A DNA stretch of 64,000 nucleotides. Source: an uncultured Eubacteriales bacterium. Lineage in GTDB: Bacteria; Bacillota; Clostridia; Christensenellales; CAG-138. The DNA is taken from contig CADBYI010000014.1 of NCBI GenBank assembly GCA_902798825.1, positions 6,669 to 70,668 of the forward strand, given 5' to 3'. The stretch's first letter is position 1. The number at the start of each line of letters is the position of its first letter. Below the pieces are notes generated by a model. It was given only the letters and a program-made list of their open reading frames with translations, was not told where the DNA came from and did no database searches. A program made the position numbers and the translations under genes. Of the stretch, positions 34,352 through 43,345 are shown in pieces.

Positions 34352-35461
34352 ATGAGCGCACCCACCAACGGCCAAAAGAAGATACGGACCATCGTCATCA
34401 CCGGCGGTCCCTGCGGCGGCAAGACCACGGCCATGAGCTGGCTCCAGAACGCCCTGACCAGCGCGGGCTATGCCGTCATCTTTTTGACGGAGACCTTCAC
34501 GGAGCTGGCCAACAGCGGCGTGTCCAGCTATAACTGCCGGGACAATTTCGCCTTCCAGCGCATCCAGGTCCGCTACCAGCTGGAACGGGAGCGGCTCTAT
34601 CGCCGGGCGGCGGAGGCCCTGAGCAACGACAACGTGGTCATCGTCCACGATCGGGGCTCCATGGACGACAAGCCCTACATGACGGCGGAGGAGTTCGCCA
34701 GCATCCTGCAGGAGCTGGGCCAGGACGAGGTGAGCTTCCGGGACAAGTACGACGCGGTCTTCCATCTGGTCACGGCGGCCAACGGGGCCCTGCCCTTCTA
34801 TACCACCGCCAACAACACCGCCCGCACCGAAACTCCGGAGGAGGCCATCGAGCTGGACGAAAAAACACTGGCGGCCTGGGCGGGACACCCCCACCTTCGA
34901 ATCATCGACAACTCCACCGATTTCAACGGCAAGATGCTGCGGCTGCTGAAGGAGGTCATGCTTGCCCTGGGCGAGCCCGAGCCCATGGAGCACGCCCGCC
35001 GGTTCCTCATCAAATATCCCGACATCGATTGGCTCAACAACAACCCCAACTGCCAGCGGGTGGAGATCATCCAGACCTATCTCACCCCCTACCGGGACGA
35101 GGAGCGCCGCATCTGCATGCGGGGCACCGGCGGCAGCTACATCTACTACAAGACCACCCAGCGGGACGCCCCCGACGGCGGCCGCATGGAGGTGGAGGAG
35201 CGGCTCAGCCAGGAGGAATACTTCACCCTGCTCATGGAGGCGGACCCCACCTGCCGTCCCATCCGCAAGACCCGGTACTGCCTGGTGGACGATATGCAAT
35301 CCTTCGAGGTAGACCTGTATCCCACCTGGAAGGACGTGGCCATGCTGCAGATCGAGCTTGCCGACCCCAACGCTGAGGTCCGCATCCCCGAGGGGCTCAC
35401 TGTGGTCCGGGAGGTCACGGACAACCCGGCGTACGACAATCATGAAATGGCAAGAATGTAG
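34352..35461 (+). CDS. P-loop ATPase (AAA_28/NadR-kinase-like) fused to a CYTH-like domain
   Basis: N-terminal VITGGPCGGKTT. The C-terminal ~165 aa has CYTH strand pattern (RRFLIKY, VEIIQTYL, RKTRYCL, FEVDLYP, LQIEL). Confidence 0.65.
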   Translation: MSAPTNGQKKIRTIVITGGPCGGKTTAMSWLQNALTSAGYAVIFLTETFTELANSGVSSYNCRDNFAFQRIQVRYQLERERLYRRAAEALSNDNVVIVHDRGSMDDKPYMTAEEFASILQELGQDEVSFRDKYDAVFHLVTAANGALPFYTTANNTARTETPEEAIELDEKTLAAWAGHPHLRIIDNSTDFNGKMLRLLKEVMLALGEPEPMEHARRFLIKYPDIDWLNNNPNCQRVEIIQTYLTPYRDEERRICMRGTGGSYIYYKTTQRDAPDGGRMEVEERLSQEEYFTLLMEADPTCRPIRKTRYCLVDDMQSFEVDLYPTWKDVAMLQIELADPNAEVRIPEGLTVVREVTDNPAYDNHEMARM

Positions 35462-35470
35462 GAGGACAGC

Positions 35471-36346
35471 ATGGCGAAGATACTGAACATCGGCTCCCTG
35501 AACCTGGACTATGTGTACGGGGTGCCCCACTTCGTGGAGGCGGGGGAGACGCTGCTGGCGAGCCGCCGGGACGTGTTCGCCGGGGGCAAGGGCCTGAACC
35601 AGACCGTGGCCGCGGCCCGGGCGGGGGCGAAGGTTTTTCACGGCGGCGCCGTTGGCGGGGACGGGGACATGCTCCTGGAGCTGCTAAAAAGCGCCGGGGC
35701 GGACGTGTCCGCCGTGGCCCGGGTGGACGTGCCCACGGGCCATGCCATCATCCAGGTGACCCCCCAGGGGGAGAACGCCATCCTGATCCTGGGCGGGGCC
35801 AACCGGGCCGTGATGGACGAGACCGTGGACGGGGCCCTGGCTAAGGTGGACCCGGGCGACATCCTGCTGCTGCAAAACGAGATCAACGGCCTGGAGCCCA
35901 TCATCCGCAAGGCCGCCCGAAAGGGGCTCCGCATCCTCTTTAACCCCGCTCCCATGGAGGCGGCGGTGAAGGAGCTGCCCTTGGAGCTTTTGGACACCCT
36001 CATCGTCAACGAAGGGGAGGGGAAGGCCTTGGCCGGGGATATGGATGCTCTCAGGGCCGCCTATCCCAACCAAAGGATTCTGCTGACCCAGGGCAGCCGG
36101 GGCGCTGCCCTGTGGACCGGGTCGGAGCTCCTCTTCCAGCCCGCCTTCCCCGTGAAGGCCGTGGACACCACCGCCGCCGGGGACTGCTTCCTGGGCTACT
36201 ACGCCGCCGCCCTTTCTGAGGGGCTGCCCTACGCCCGGGCCCTGAAGCTGGCCACCGCCGCCTCGGCCCTGGCCGTCCAGAAGCAGGGCGCCGCCCCCTC
36301 CCTCCCCCTGCGGGCGGAGGTGGAGCAATTCCTGCGGGACAAATAA
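35471..36346 (+). CDS. rbsK: ribokinase/PfkB-family sugar kinase
   Basis: GGKGLNQ and DTTAAGDCF motifs. Lies 9 nt after the upstream gene. Confidence 0.75.
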   Translation: MAKILNIGSLNLDYVYGVPHFVEAGETLLASRRDVFAGGKGLNQTVAAARAGAKVFHGGAVGGDGDMLLELLKSAGADVSAVARVDVPTGHAIIQVTPQGENAILILGGANRAVMDETVDGALAKVDPGDILLLQNEINGLEPIIRKAARKGLRILFNPAPMEAAVKELPLELLDTLIVNEGEGKALAGDMDALRAAYPNQRILLTQGSRGAALWTGSELLFQPAFPVKAVDTTAAGDCFLGYYAAALSEGLPYARALKLATAASALAVQKQGAAPSLPLRAEVEQFLRDK

Positions 36347-36356
36347 TATATTATTC

Positions 36357-36385
36357 TTGACGAATTCCCACGGGTGTGGTACAGT
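36357..36385 (+). promoter_or_regulatory. candidate promoter of the lysA leader
   Basis: TTGACG - 17 nt - TACAGT. Confidence 0.45.
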
Positions 36386-36407
36386 AGACAAAATTTCACA
36401 CAGCAAT

Positions 36408-36655
36408 GAAAGGATAGAGGCGCAGGTATCAACAGTCCCGCGGGTGGAAAAGGCCGGGCAAGGCCGTTGCTCACGCAAAAGGGGTCCCTGCCGAAGGTCA
36501 GGCGGTTGCAGGCCGGGCCTGGGCATTTGGAGAATATCCAAATGACTGTCGCGTGAGCGGAGAGCTATGTATTGATTGCCCGTTTTTCCTCCCTGTGCAG
36601 GGAAAGAAAACAGGATCGATAGGCCCATGCGTTCGCGCATGGGCTCCTTTTTGCG
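36408..36655 (+). promoter_or_regulatory. lysine riboswitch (L-box) with terminator expression platform
   Basis: Conserved L-box blocks AGAGGCGC (36415), GCCGAAGG (36490) and ACTGTC (36544). Terminator aggcccatgcg-ttcg-cgcatgggct plus T5 at 36621-36651, directly upstream of lysA. Confidence 0.75.
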
Positions 36656-36677
36656 CCGTGTGGGACAGGAGCTTTGT

Positions 36678-38009
36678 ATGATGACCACCCCCACTACTCC
36701 CTATGAGGAGACCGCCCTCTGCGCCAACTTGGGCCGCCGGGACGGCCGTCTGCTGTTCGCCGGTCAGGACACCGTGGAATTGGCCCGGCAATATGGCACG
36801 CCCCTGTATCTCATGGATGAGGACCGCATCCGCTATAACTGCCGCTTGTACACCCAGGCTTTCAACCGGTGCCTCCCGGCGGGCTCCCGGGTCCTCTACG
36901 CCAGCAAGGCCGCCGCCTTCCGGCAGATGTGCCGCATCGTGGGGGAGGAGGGGCTGGGCCTGGACGTGGTCTCCTCCGGGGAGATATACACGGCCATGAC
37001 GGCGGGCTTCCCCATGGAACGGGTGTACTACCACGGCAACAGCAAGTCCGACCGGGATCTGGCCTTCGCCCTGGACGCGGGGGTGGGCTGCATCGTGGTG
37101 GACGGGGTGGAGGAGCTTCTGGCCCTGGAGGCGGAGGCGGGCCGCCGGGATGCCCGGCAGAAGGTGCTGCTGCGGATTACCCCCGGCATCGACCCCCACA
37201 CCTATGCCGCCGTCAGCACCGGCCAAGTGGATTCCAAGTTCGGCGTGTCCATCGAAACCGGCCAGGCGGACGAATTTGTCAAGCTGGCCCTGGGGCAGCC
37301 CCACCTTTCGGTGGCCGGGTTCCACTGCCACGTGGGGTCCCAGGTGTTCTGGGAGGACGTGTTCGAGCGGAGCGTGCTGGTCATGATGGCCTTCATCCGG
37401 CATATCCGGGACACCACGGGGTACCTGCCGGAGGAGCTGGACCTGGGGGGCGGCTATGGCGTCCGATACGTGCAGAGCGACCCCGCCATAGATATCCCCC
37501 GCAAGATCGCCTCGGTGGCGGAGACCCTGGCGGCCATTGCCCGCCGGCTGTCCCTGCCCGTGCCCAAGGTGCTCATGGAGCCGGGCCGCAGCATCGTGGC
37601 GGACGCGGGCATGACCCTCTACACCGTGGGCGCCGTCAAGGAGATCACGGGCTACAAGCGGTATGTGGCCGTGGACGGGGGCATGGCTGACAACCCCCGC
37701 TATGCCCTCTACGGGGCCAAGTATACCTGCTGTAATGCGGGCCGCATGGACGAGCCTGGGGATATGCTCTGTGACCTGGTGGGCAAGTGCTGCGAGAGCG
37801 GCGACATCATCCAGCCGCAAATCCATCTGCCCGCCGCCACGCAGCGGGGGGACGTGATCGCCGTCTGCACCACCGGAGCCTACAACTTTTCCATGGCCTC
37901 CGGCTACAACCGGCTTCGTCGCCCGCCGGTGGTCATGCTGCAAAACGGCCGATCCTACGTGGCCGTGAAGGGGGAGACCCTGGAGGACCTTGTCCGCCTG
38001 GATATGTGA
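36678..38009 (+). CDS. lysA: diaminopimelate decarboxylase
   Basis: The ATG at 36678 is preceded by AGGAG. Motifs HVGSQ, EPGRSIVA and CESGD. The upstream part of ORF 36576 overlaps the riboswitch terminator. Confidence 0.9.
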   Translation: MMTTPTTPYEETALCANLGRRDGRLLFAGQDTVELARQYGTPLYLMDEDRIRYNCRLYTQAFNRCLPAGSRVLYASKAAAFRQMCRIVGEEGLGLDVVSSGEIYTAMTAGFPMERVYYHGNSKSDRDLAFALDAGVGCIVVDGVEELLALEAEAGRRDARQKVLLRITPGIDPHTYAAVSTGQVDSKFGVSIETGQADEFVKLALGQPHLSVAGFHCHVGSQVFWEDVFERSVLVMMAFIRHIRDTTGYLPEELDLGGGYGVRYVQSDPAIDIPRKIASVAETLAAIARRLSLPVPKVLMEPGRSIVADAGMTLYTVGAVKEITGYKRYVAVDGGMADNPRYALYGAKYTCCNAGRMDEPGDMLCDLVGKCCESGDIIQPQIHLPAATQRGDVIAVCTTGAYNFSMASGYNRLRRPPVVMLQNGRSYVAVKGETLEDLVRLDM

Positions 38010-38017
38010 CGGCAGGT

Positions 38018-38905
38018 TTATAGCTGATTCAAAGCTTCCGACCGGACCCGCTGTATGACGAAGTCGGCGAACATCTTTGCCGCGGGGCTCTGCTGCCCCT
38101 GGTCCGTGACGGCCAGGGCGATGGTGCGGCTGGCCTGGGGCTTCAGCTCCAGGGTGGCGATGTTGTCGGTGCGCCCACGCAGCAGCAGCTCCGGCATGAT
38201 GGCGATGCCCAGCCCCTGCTCCACCATGGCGATGATGGCGTAGTCGTCCTTGGTGATGAAGCGGATATGGGGCCGGATGCCCTCCGCGTCCAGGGCCCGC
38301 CGCAAATCGTGGTCCGAGCTTTCCAGCAGGGAGATGAAGGGCTCCTGCCGGGCGTAGCCGATGGGGAAGTTGGGCAGGGAGGCCAGGGGATGATCCTTGG
38401 GCAGGATGACCAGCAGCCGATCCTCCATCAGCGGCGTCACCTTTCCCGGCGCCCGGGTGGGCAGGGACACGAACCCCAAATCCACCGATCCCTCCTCCAG
38501 CCACTGCTCCACGTCGTGATAGTCCCCGTTCAGCAGCTTGAACCGGATCTGGGGGTATTGGGCCTGAAAGGCCTTGAGCATGGAGGGGAGCCAGTGGACG
38601 GCCACGGAGGTGAAGGAGGCCACCCGGATGGTGCCGGTGGACAGACCGTGGAGGGAGGACACCGTCTCCCGCAGCCGTTCCTCGGCGGAGAGGATGTCCC
38701 GGACGGCGGGCAGTATCCGCTTGCCTTCGGGGGAGAGGCGCACCCCCGAACGGCTTCGGGTCAACAGCCGAAGCCCGAACTCCGACTCCAATGAGGAAAG
38801 GGCGTGGCTCACGGCGGACTGGGTGAGCCCCATGTCCTCCGCCGCCCGGCTGACGCTGCCTGCCTCCGTTACGTGGAGGAACACTTGGTACTTCTGAATA
38901 CTCAT
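38018..38905 (-). CDS. LysR-family transcriptional regulator
   Basis: N-terminal HTH (VSRAAEDMGLTQSAVSHALSSLE) plus a LysR substrate-binding domain. Confidence 0.85.
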   Translation of the reverse strand: MSIQKYQVFLHVTEAGSVSRAAEDMGLTQSAVSHALSSLESEFGLRLLTRSRSGVRLSPEGKRILPAVRDILSAEERLRETVSSLHGLSTGTIRVASFTSVAVHWLPSMLKAFQAQYPQIRFKLLNGDYHDVEQWLEEGSVDLGFVSLPTRAPGKVTPLMEDRLLVILPKDHPLASLPNFPIGYARQEPFISLLESSDHDLRRALDAEGIRPHIRFITKDDYAIIAMVEQGLGIAIMPELLLRGRTDNIATLELKPQASRTIALAVTDQGQQSPAAKMFADFVIQRVRSEALNQL

Positions 38906-38916
38906 AGTTATATTAC

Positions 38917-38931
38917 ATGAAATATTTTCAT
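38917..38931. promoter_or_regulatory. candidate LysR box (T-N11-A)
   Basis: ATGAAA-tat-TTTCAT inverted repeat lying 12 nt upstream of the LysR start, in the divergent region shared with putP. Confidence 0.3.
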
Positions 38932-39093
38932 ATTTTGTTGGTCCCCGTTTCCTTTTTGTACAGCATACACGAAAAAACAGATAAAATCAACGGTTTTTCT
39001 GCTTTTTGGCCCTTGCTTCGCCGGCCTCGCCTCCATATACTACACACAAAACAAAAAACAGCATGAGCAAACATTCATGCAAAGGAGGATCGG

Positions 39094-40635
39094 ATGCAAG
39101 CGAATGAATGGGTGGTGCTGTTCACCATCATAGGATATATGGCGCTGATCGTGGGTGTGGGGATCTATTTCAGCCGCAGGGCCGGTCACGGGGCCGCCGC
39201 CTTCTTTCTGGGCGGCCGCTCTTTGGGCCCCCTGGTCACCGCCATGAGCGCGGAGGCCAGCGATATGTCCGGCTGGCTCCTCATGGGGATGCCCGGCCTT
39301 GCGCTGCTGTGCGGCACGGCGGAAGCGGTGTGGACCGCCCTGGGCCTGGCCGTGGGCACCTATCTCAACTGGCTCATCGTGGCCCGCCGCCTGCGCCGGT
39401 ATACGGTGCTGACGGGCTCCATCACCGTCCCCGACTTCTTCTCCCGCCGGTTCCAGGATGAGCGCCACATCCTTTCCACCCTGGGGGCGGCGATGATCAT
39501 CGTCTTCTTCGTGCCCTACACGGCCTCCGGCTTCGTCACCTGCGGGAAGCTCTTTTCCACCCTCTTCGGCATGTCCTATGTACGGGCCATGCTCCTGTCC
39601 GCCGCCATTATCGTGCTGTACACCACCCTGGGCGGGTTCCTGGCGGCCAGCGTCACGGACTATCTGCAGTCCCTCCTCATGACCGTGGCGCTGCTGGCGG
39701 TCATCGGCTTCGGCACGGTCTACGCGGGGGGCGTGGGCGCCGTGGTGGACAACGCCCGGTCCATCCCCCAATACCTTAGCCTGACGGCGGTTTCGGAGGC
39801 GGGGGCCGGCAGCTTCGGCTTTCTGTCCATCCTGTCCACCATGGCCTGGGGATTGGGCTACTTCGGGGTGCCCCACGTGCTGGTCCGGTTCATGGCCATC
39901 CGTAAGGAGGAGGAGCTGACGCTGGCCCGCCGGATCGGGTCCGTGTGGGTGGTGATCTCCATGGCCGCGGCCATCGTCATCGGTGTGGTGGGCCGGGCCC
40001 TCATGGACGGGGGCATCCTGGGCCCCTATGGCAGCACCGCCGAAAGCGAGACCGTGCTGGTGGGCATCGCCTCCCGCATCGGCAGCAGCGGTCCCCTTCT
40101 CGCCGTTCTGGCGGGGCTCATCCTGGCGGGCATCCTGGCGGCCACCATGTCCACCGCCGATTCCCAGCTGTTGACGGCGGCCTCCGCCGTGTCCGAGGAC
40201 TTGATCAAAGGGGCGTTCGGGCGGCGCATGCAGGAGAAGCAGAGCCTGTGGATCGCCCGGGGCACGGTGGTGGCCGTCTCCCTGGTGGCGGCGATCCTTG
40301 CCCTGGACCCCGGCAGCTCCGTGTTCCAGATCGTGTCCTTTGCCTGGGCCGGCTTCGGCGCGGCTTTCGGCCCCCTGATGCTCTTCTGCCTGTTCTGGAA
40401 GCAGACCACCCTGCCCGGCGCCGTGGCGGGCATGGTCACCGGCGGGGCCACGGTCTTTCTGTGGAAGTTTCTGATCCGGCCCAACGTGGCCTTCCTGGAC
40501 TTCTATGAGCTGCTGCCCGCCTTCCTGCTGTCGGCCCTGGTCATCTATGGGGTCTCCCGCCTGACGGCGGCCCCCAGCGCCGCTGTGCAGGCCTGCTTCG
40601 ATCGCGTTCGAGAGAAGCAAACCGCCCGGCTTTGA
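39094..40635 (+). CDS. putP: sodium:solute symporter, PutP-like (proline)
   Basis: 513 aa with FFLGGRSLGPLVTAMSAEASDMSGWLLMGMPG, a signature of the SSS family. Confidence 0.8.
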   Translation: MQANEWVVLFTIIGYMALIVGVGIYFSRRAGHGAAAFFLGGRSLGPLVTAMSAEASDMSGWLLMGMPGLALLCGTAEAVWTALGLAVGTYLNWLIVARRLRRYTVLTGSITVPDFFSRRFQDERHILSTLGAAMIIVFFVPYTASGFVTCGKLFSTLFGMSYVRAMLLSAAIIVLYTTLGGFLAASVTDYLQSLLMTVALLAVIGFGTVYAGGVGAVVDNARSIPQYLSLTAVSEAGAGSFGFLSILSTMAWGLGYFGVPHVLVRFMAIRKEEELTLARRIGSVWVVISMAAAIVIGVVGRALMDGGILGPYGSTAESETVLVGIASRIGSSGPLLAVLAGLILAGILAATMSTADSQLLTAASAVSEDLIKGAFGRRMQEKQSLWIARGTVVAVSLVAAILALDPGSSVFQIVSFAWAGFGAAFGPLMLFCLFWKQTTLPGAVAGMVTGGATVFLWKFLIRPNVAFLDFYELLPAFLLSALVIYGVSRLTAAPSAAVQACFDRVREKQTARL

Positions 40636-40658
40636 CTTCATACAGGCACGTTCATCTG

Positions 40659-40694
40659 GACCTGTCGCCCGTCTGGCGGCAGGTCTGTTCTTTG
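40659..40694 (+). terminator. intrinsic terminator after putP
   Basis: 11-bp stem gacctgtcgcc / ggcggcaggtc followed by a T-rich tract. Confidence 0.55.
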
Positions 40695-40721
40695 TGGAGG
40701 AAAGGGGGAGCATCCGCTGAA

Positions 40722-40750
40722 TTGACAGCGAGCCAGACTTTTTATATAAT
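40722..40750 (+). promoter_or_regulatory. consensus sigma-70 promoter for the TauE gene
   Basis: TTGACA - 17 nt - TATAAT. Confidence 0.6.
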
Positions 40751-40797
40751 ATATCTATAATCTTGCAGCCTGGCGATCCCGGGGAAAGGGGCGGAAC

Positions 40798-41511
40798 ATG
40801 AGGGAGGTACTGTTCTATCTGGTGATCCTGTTCGGCGTGTTCCTGCAGGCGTCGGTGGGCTTTGGCACCGTGGTCACTATGCCCTTGGGGATTCTGCTCA
40901 TGGGTATCGGCCTCACCAAGCCGGTGGTCACCTTCATCGCCCTGCTCACGGGCATCGGGGTACTGATCAAGGAGTATACGCACATCAATTGGCGGGAGTT
41001 TGCCAAAATGGCTGGGGTCATGCTGGTGGGTGTGTTGGTGGCGCAGTGGATCGCGGGCAAGGTGAAGATGAGCTTTCTGCTGGTCCTTTATGGCGCAGTG
41101 GTCATCGGCATCGGTGTGAAGAAGCTGTTCTTTCCCGCAAAGCAGCAGACCTCAAAGGCTATCCAGAATATGGCCCTCGCCATCGCCGGTCTCATGCAGG
41201 GGCTGTTTGTTTCCGGCGGCAGCTTTTTGGCGGTGTATGCGGTGGAACGTATGCCGGACAAACGGGAGCTCCGCGCCACGAACAATGCGCTTTGGGTCGT
41301 TTTGAATCTGGTCATGCTCATCACCTATTTCGCCGGCGGTCAGATGGACAAGCAGGTGCTCACCATGAGCGCCATCGCCATCGTTCCCATGATTCTGGGC
41401 GTCTGGCTGGGCGGCCTCTTTGCCGATCGGCTCAAGCAGCAGACCTTCCTGAAGCTGGTGTACGTGGTGCTGATCGCCTCAGGCCTGGTGCTGCTGATCT
41501 CGAATCTGTAA
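40798..41511 (+). CDS. TauE/SafE-family sulfite/anion exporter
   Basis: 237 aa, about 7 TM, typical two-halves architecture. Confidence 0.7.
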   Translation: MREVLFYLVILFGVFLQASVGFGTVVTMPLGILLMGIGLTKPVVTFIALLTGIGVLIKEYTHINWREFAKMAGVMLVGVLVAQWIAGKVKMSFLLVLYGAVVIGIGVKKLFFPAKQQTSKAIQNMALAIAGLMQGLFVSGGSFLAVYAVERMPDKRELRATNNALWVVLNLVMLITYFAGGQMDKQVLTMSAIAIVPMILGVWLGGLFADRLKQQTFLKLVYVVLIASGLVLLISNL

Positions 41512-41524
41512 GAAGCGCATAGAC

Positions 41525-41560
41525 AAAAATGGCGCCGGGATATGGCCCGGCGCCATTTTG
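41525..41560. terminator. bidirectional intrinsic terminator
   Basis: 11-bp stem atggcgccggg / cccggcgccat flanked by A5 and T4. Confidence 0.7.
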
Positions 41561-41573
41561 CACGCAAGATCGC

Positions 41574-41927
41574 TCACAGGGGATTCCTGGAGCGGATCTC
41601 AAACAACCGGCAACCGCCTGCTGGGACCTTCCAGGGGCCATGGGGCATCCCGGGGTTTCGAATCGCCACCATCCCCTTTTTGAACTCCTGATGTAGGGTA
41701 AGGTCGATCATGGACCCCTCCAGGATGAGCACATACTCCCAGAAATCGTGGAGCTGAGGGCCCTCTGACGAGGTGTCTGTGCCCGGTTCGAACTGGGCGA
41801 CATGGACGAGGCCAACCCCGTCCTCCGCCCGCGCGAGAACGTAGTGGGAGATCCCCGGGCGGCCGGTGCTCTCCATGGGGAAGCCGGTGTAATCGGTGAA
41901 TTCAATGGACGCAAAAGGATATGGCAT
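41574..41927 (-). CDS. cupin-domain protein
   Basis: 117 aa with a beta-rich cupin-like pattern (HDFWEYVLILEG...PGMPHGPW). Confidence 0.5.
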   Translation of the reverse strand: MPYPFASIEFTDYTGFPMESTGRPGISHYVLARAEDGVGLVHVAQFEPGTDTSSEGPQLHDFWEYVLILEGSMIDLTLHQEFKKGMVAIRNPGMPHGPWKVPAGGCRLFEIRSRNPL

Positions 41928-42009
41928 GCTGGGCCTCCTTTGAAGTAATAACGCGACCCGGAGCCCCTGCTAATCAGGCTCCGGGTCATATCAGCGATAT
42001 CGATCTTCG

Positions 42010-43272
42010 TTATCCGTTGATCAGCTTCATGAAGGACTCGGTGAAGCCCGTCATGTTCTTGAAGGCAATGAGCAGGGTCAGCGCCAGCACGATCACGCCC
42101 AGGATGTTGATAACGATGCCGTTGTTGTGACCGTCCATGTACTTCTTGTCGTTGCAAACGATCATCAGCAGGATGGCGGTGATGGGCAGCAGGAAGGCGT
42201 TGGCCGCCTGAGCGAAGAGGATGATCTCCGTGGGGGAGGCGCCGATGGTGCACACAGCCACCAGACCGAAGACGATGACGATGCCCCAGATGGCCATAAA
42301 GCGCTTCTTCTTCATGTCCTCGCCCCAGCCCAGGATGCCGGAGCTGGCGAAGGCGGCGGCCAGAGGCGCCGTAATGGCGGAGCTCATGCCGGCCGCGAAC
42401 AGGCCGATGCCGAAGGCCACTGTGGCCCAGTTGCCCAGGATGGGCCGAAGCTGCTCCGCCATGGCTTTGCCGCTGGCGATGGCCGCTGTGCCGGAACCGT
42501 CGTAGCAGACGGCCGCAGTGATGACGATGCACATGGAGATGATGCCGCCCAGACCGATGGACAGGATGGAGTCGGTGAGGGAGGTGCTGAGTGCTTCGTC
42601 TTTGTCGCCTTCATGGCCCCATTTCTTGGCGGAGGAGGAGGCGTGCAGGTAGATATTGTAGGGAACCACGGTGGTGCCGATGAGGCCGGTCACATAGAAC
42701 CAGGCCCGATTCATCTGGGGTACCCGTGGCACGAAGAGGCCCTTGAGCACTTCGCCCCAGTTGGGCTGCACGGCGATGGCGGTGATGAGGAACAGAATGC
42801 CCATGAGCACCACCAAGGCGGTGAGCACCTTTTCCACGATGTCATACTTGCCGGAGAGCAGCAGGCCCGCGGCCACGGCAAATACGAAGAGGGCCACCGG
42901 GATCTTGCCCAGGGTGGGCCAGATGGCCTGTAGACCCAGGATACCGCCGGAGATGTTGCCGGTCTCGTAGGCCACGTTGCCGATGAACACGGCACCGATG
43001 ACCAGGATCGCCAGCAGGATGCGGACGCCCTTGCCGGTGTACTTTTCACGAAGCGCCTCGCCGAGGCCGACCTTCTTCACGATGCCCAGCTTGGAGGCCA
43101 TGCTCTGCAGAACGATAACGGAGATGGTGGAGAACAGCAGCGCCCACAGCAGGGTGTAGCCGTAGCTGGCGCCGGAGACGGTACAGGTGGTGACGGTGCC
43201 GGGGCCGATGAAGGCCGCCGCAACCACAGCGCCGGGGCCAACCTGTTTCAGCCTTTTCCAGAATTTGCTCAT
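42010..43272 (-). CDS. Nramp-family divalent metal transporter (YcsG-like)
   Basis: 420 aa with GPGAVVAAAFIGPGTVTT motif and about 11 TM. Confidence 0.8.
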   Translation of the reverse strand: MSKFWKRLKQVGPGAVVAAAFIGPGTVTTCTVSGASYGYTLLWALLFSTISVIVLQSMASKLGIVKKVGLGEALREKYTGKGVRILLAILVIGAVFIGNVAYETGNISGGILGLQAIWPTLGKIPVALFVFAVAAGLLLSGKYDIVEKVLTALVVLMGILFLITAIAVQPNWGEVLKGLFVPRVPQMNRAWFYVTGLIGTTVVPYNIYLHASSSAKKWGHEGDKDEALSTSLTDSILSIGLGGIISMCIVITAAVCYDGSGTAAIASGKAMAEQLRPILGNWATVAFGIGLFAAGMSSAITAPLAAAFASSGILGWGEDMKKKRFMAIWGIVIVFGLVAVCTIGASPTEIILFAQAANAFLLPITAILLMIVCNDKKYMDGHNNGIVINILGVIVLALTLLIAFKNMTGFTESFMKLING

Positions 43273-43345
43273 AGTATCCCTCCTTTTTTTTCGTTCGGTT
43301 CTATCTGAAGACAGGCGGCTTAGCAGTTTCCGCCTGATCTATCCC

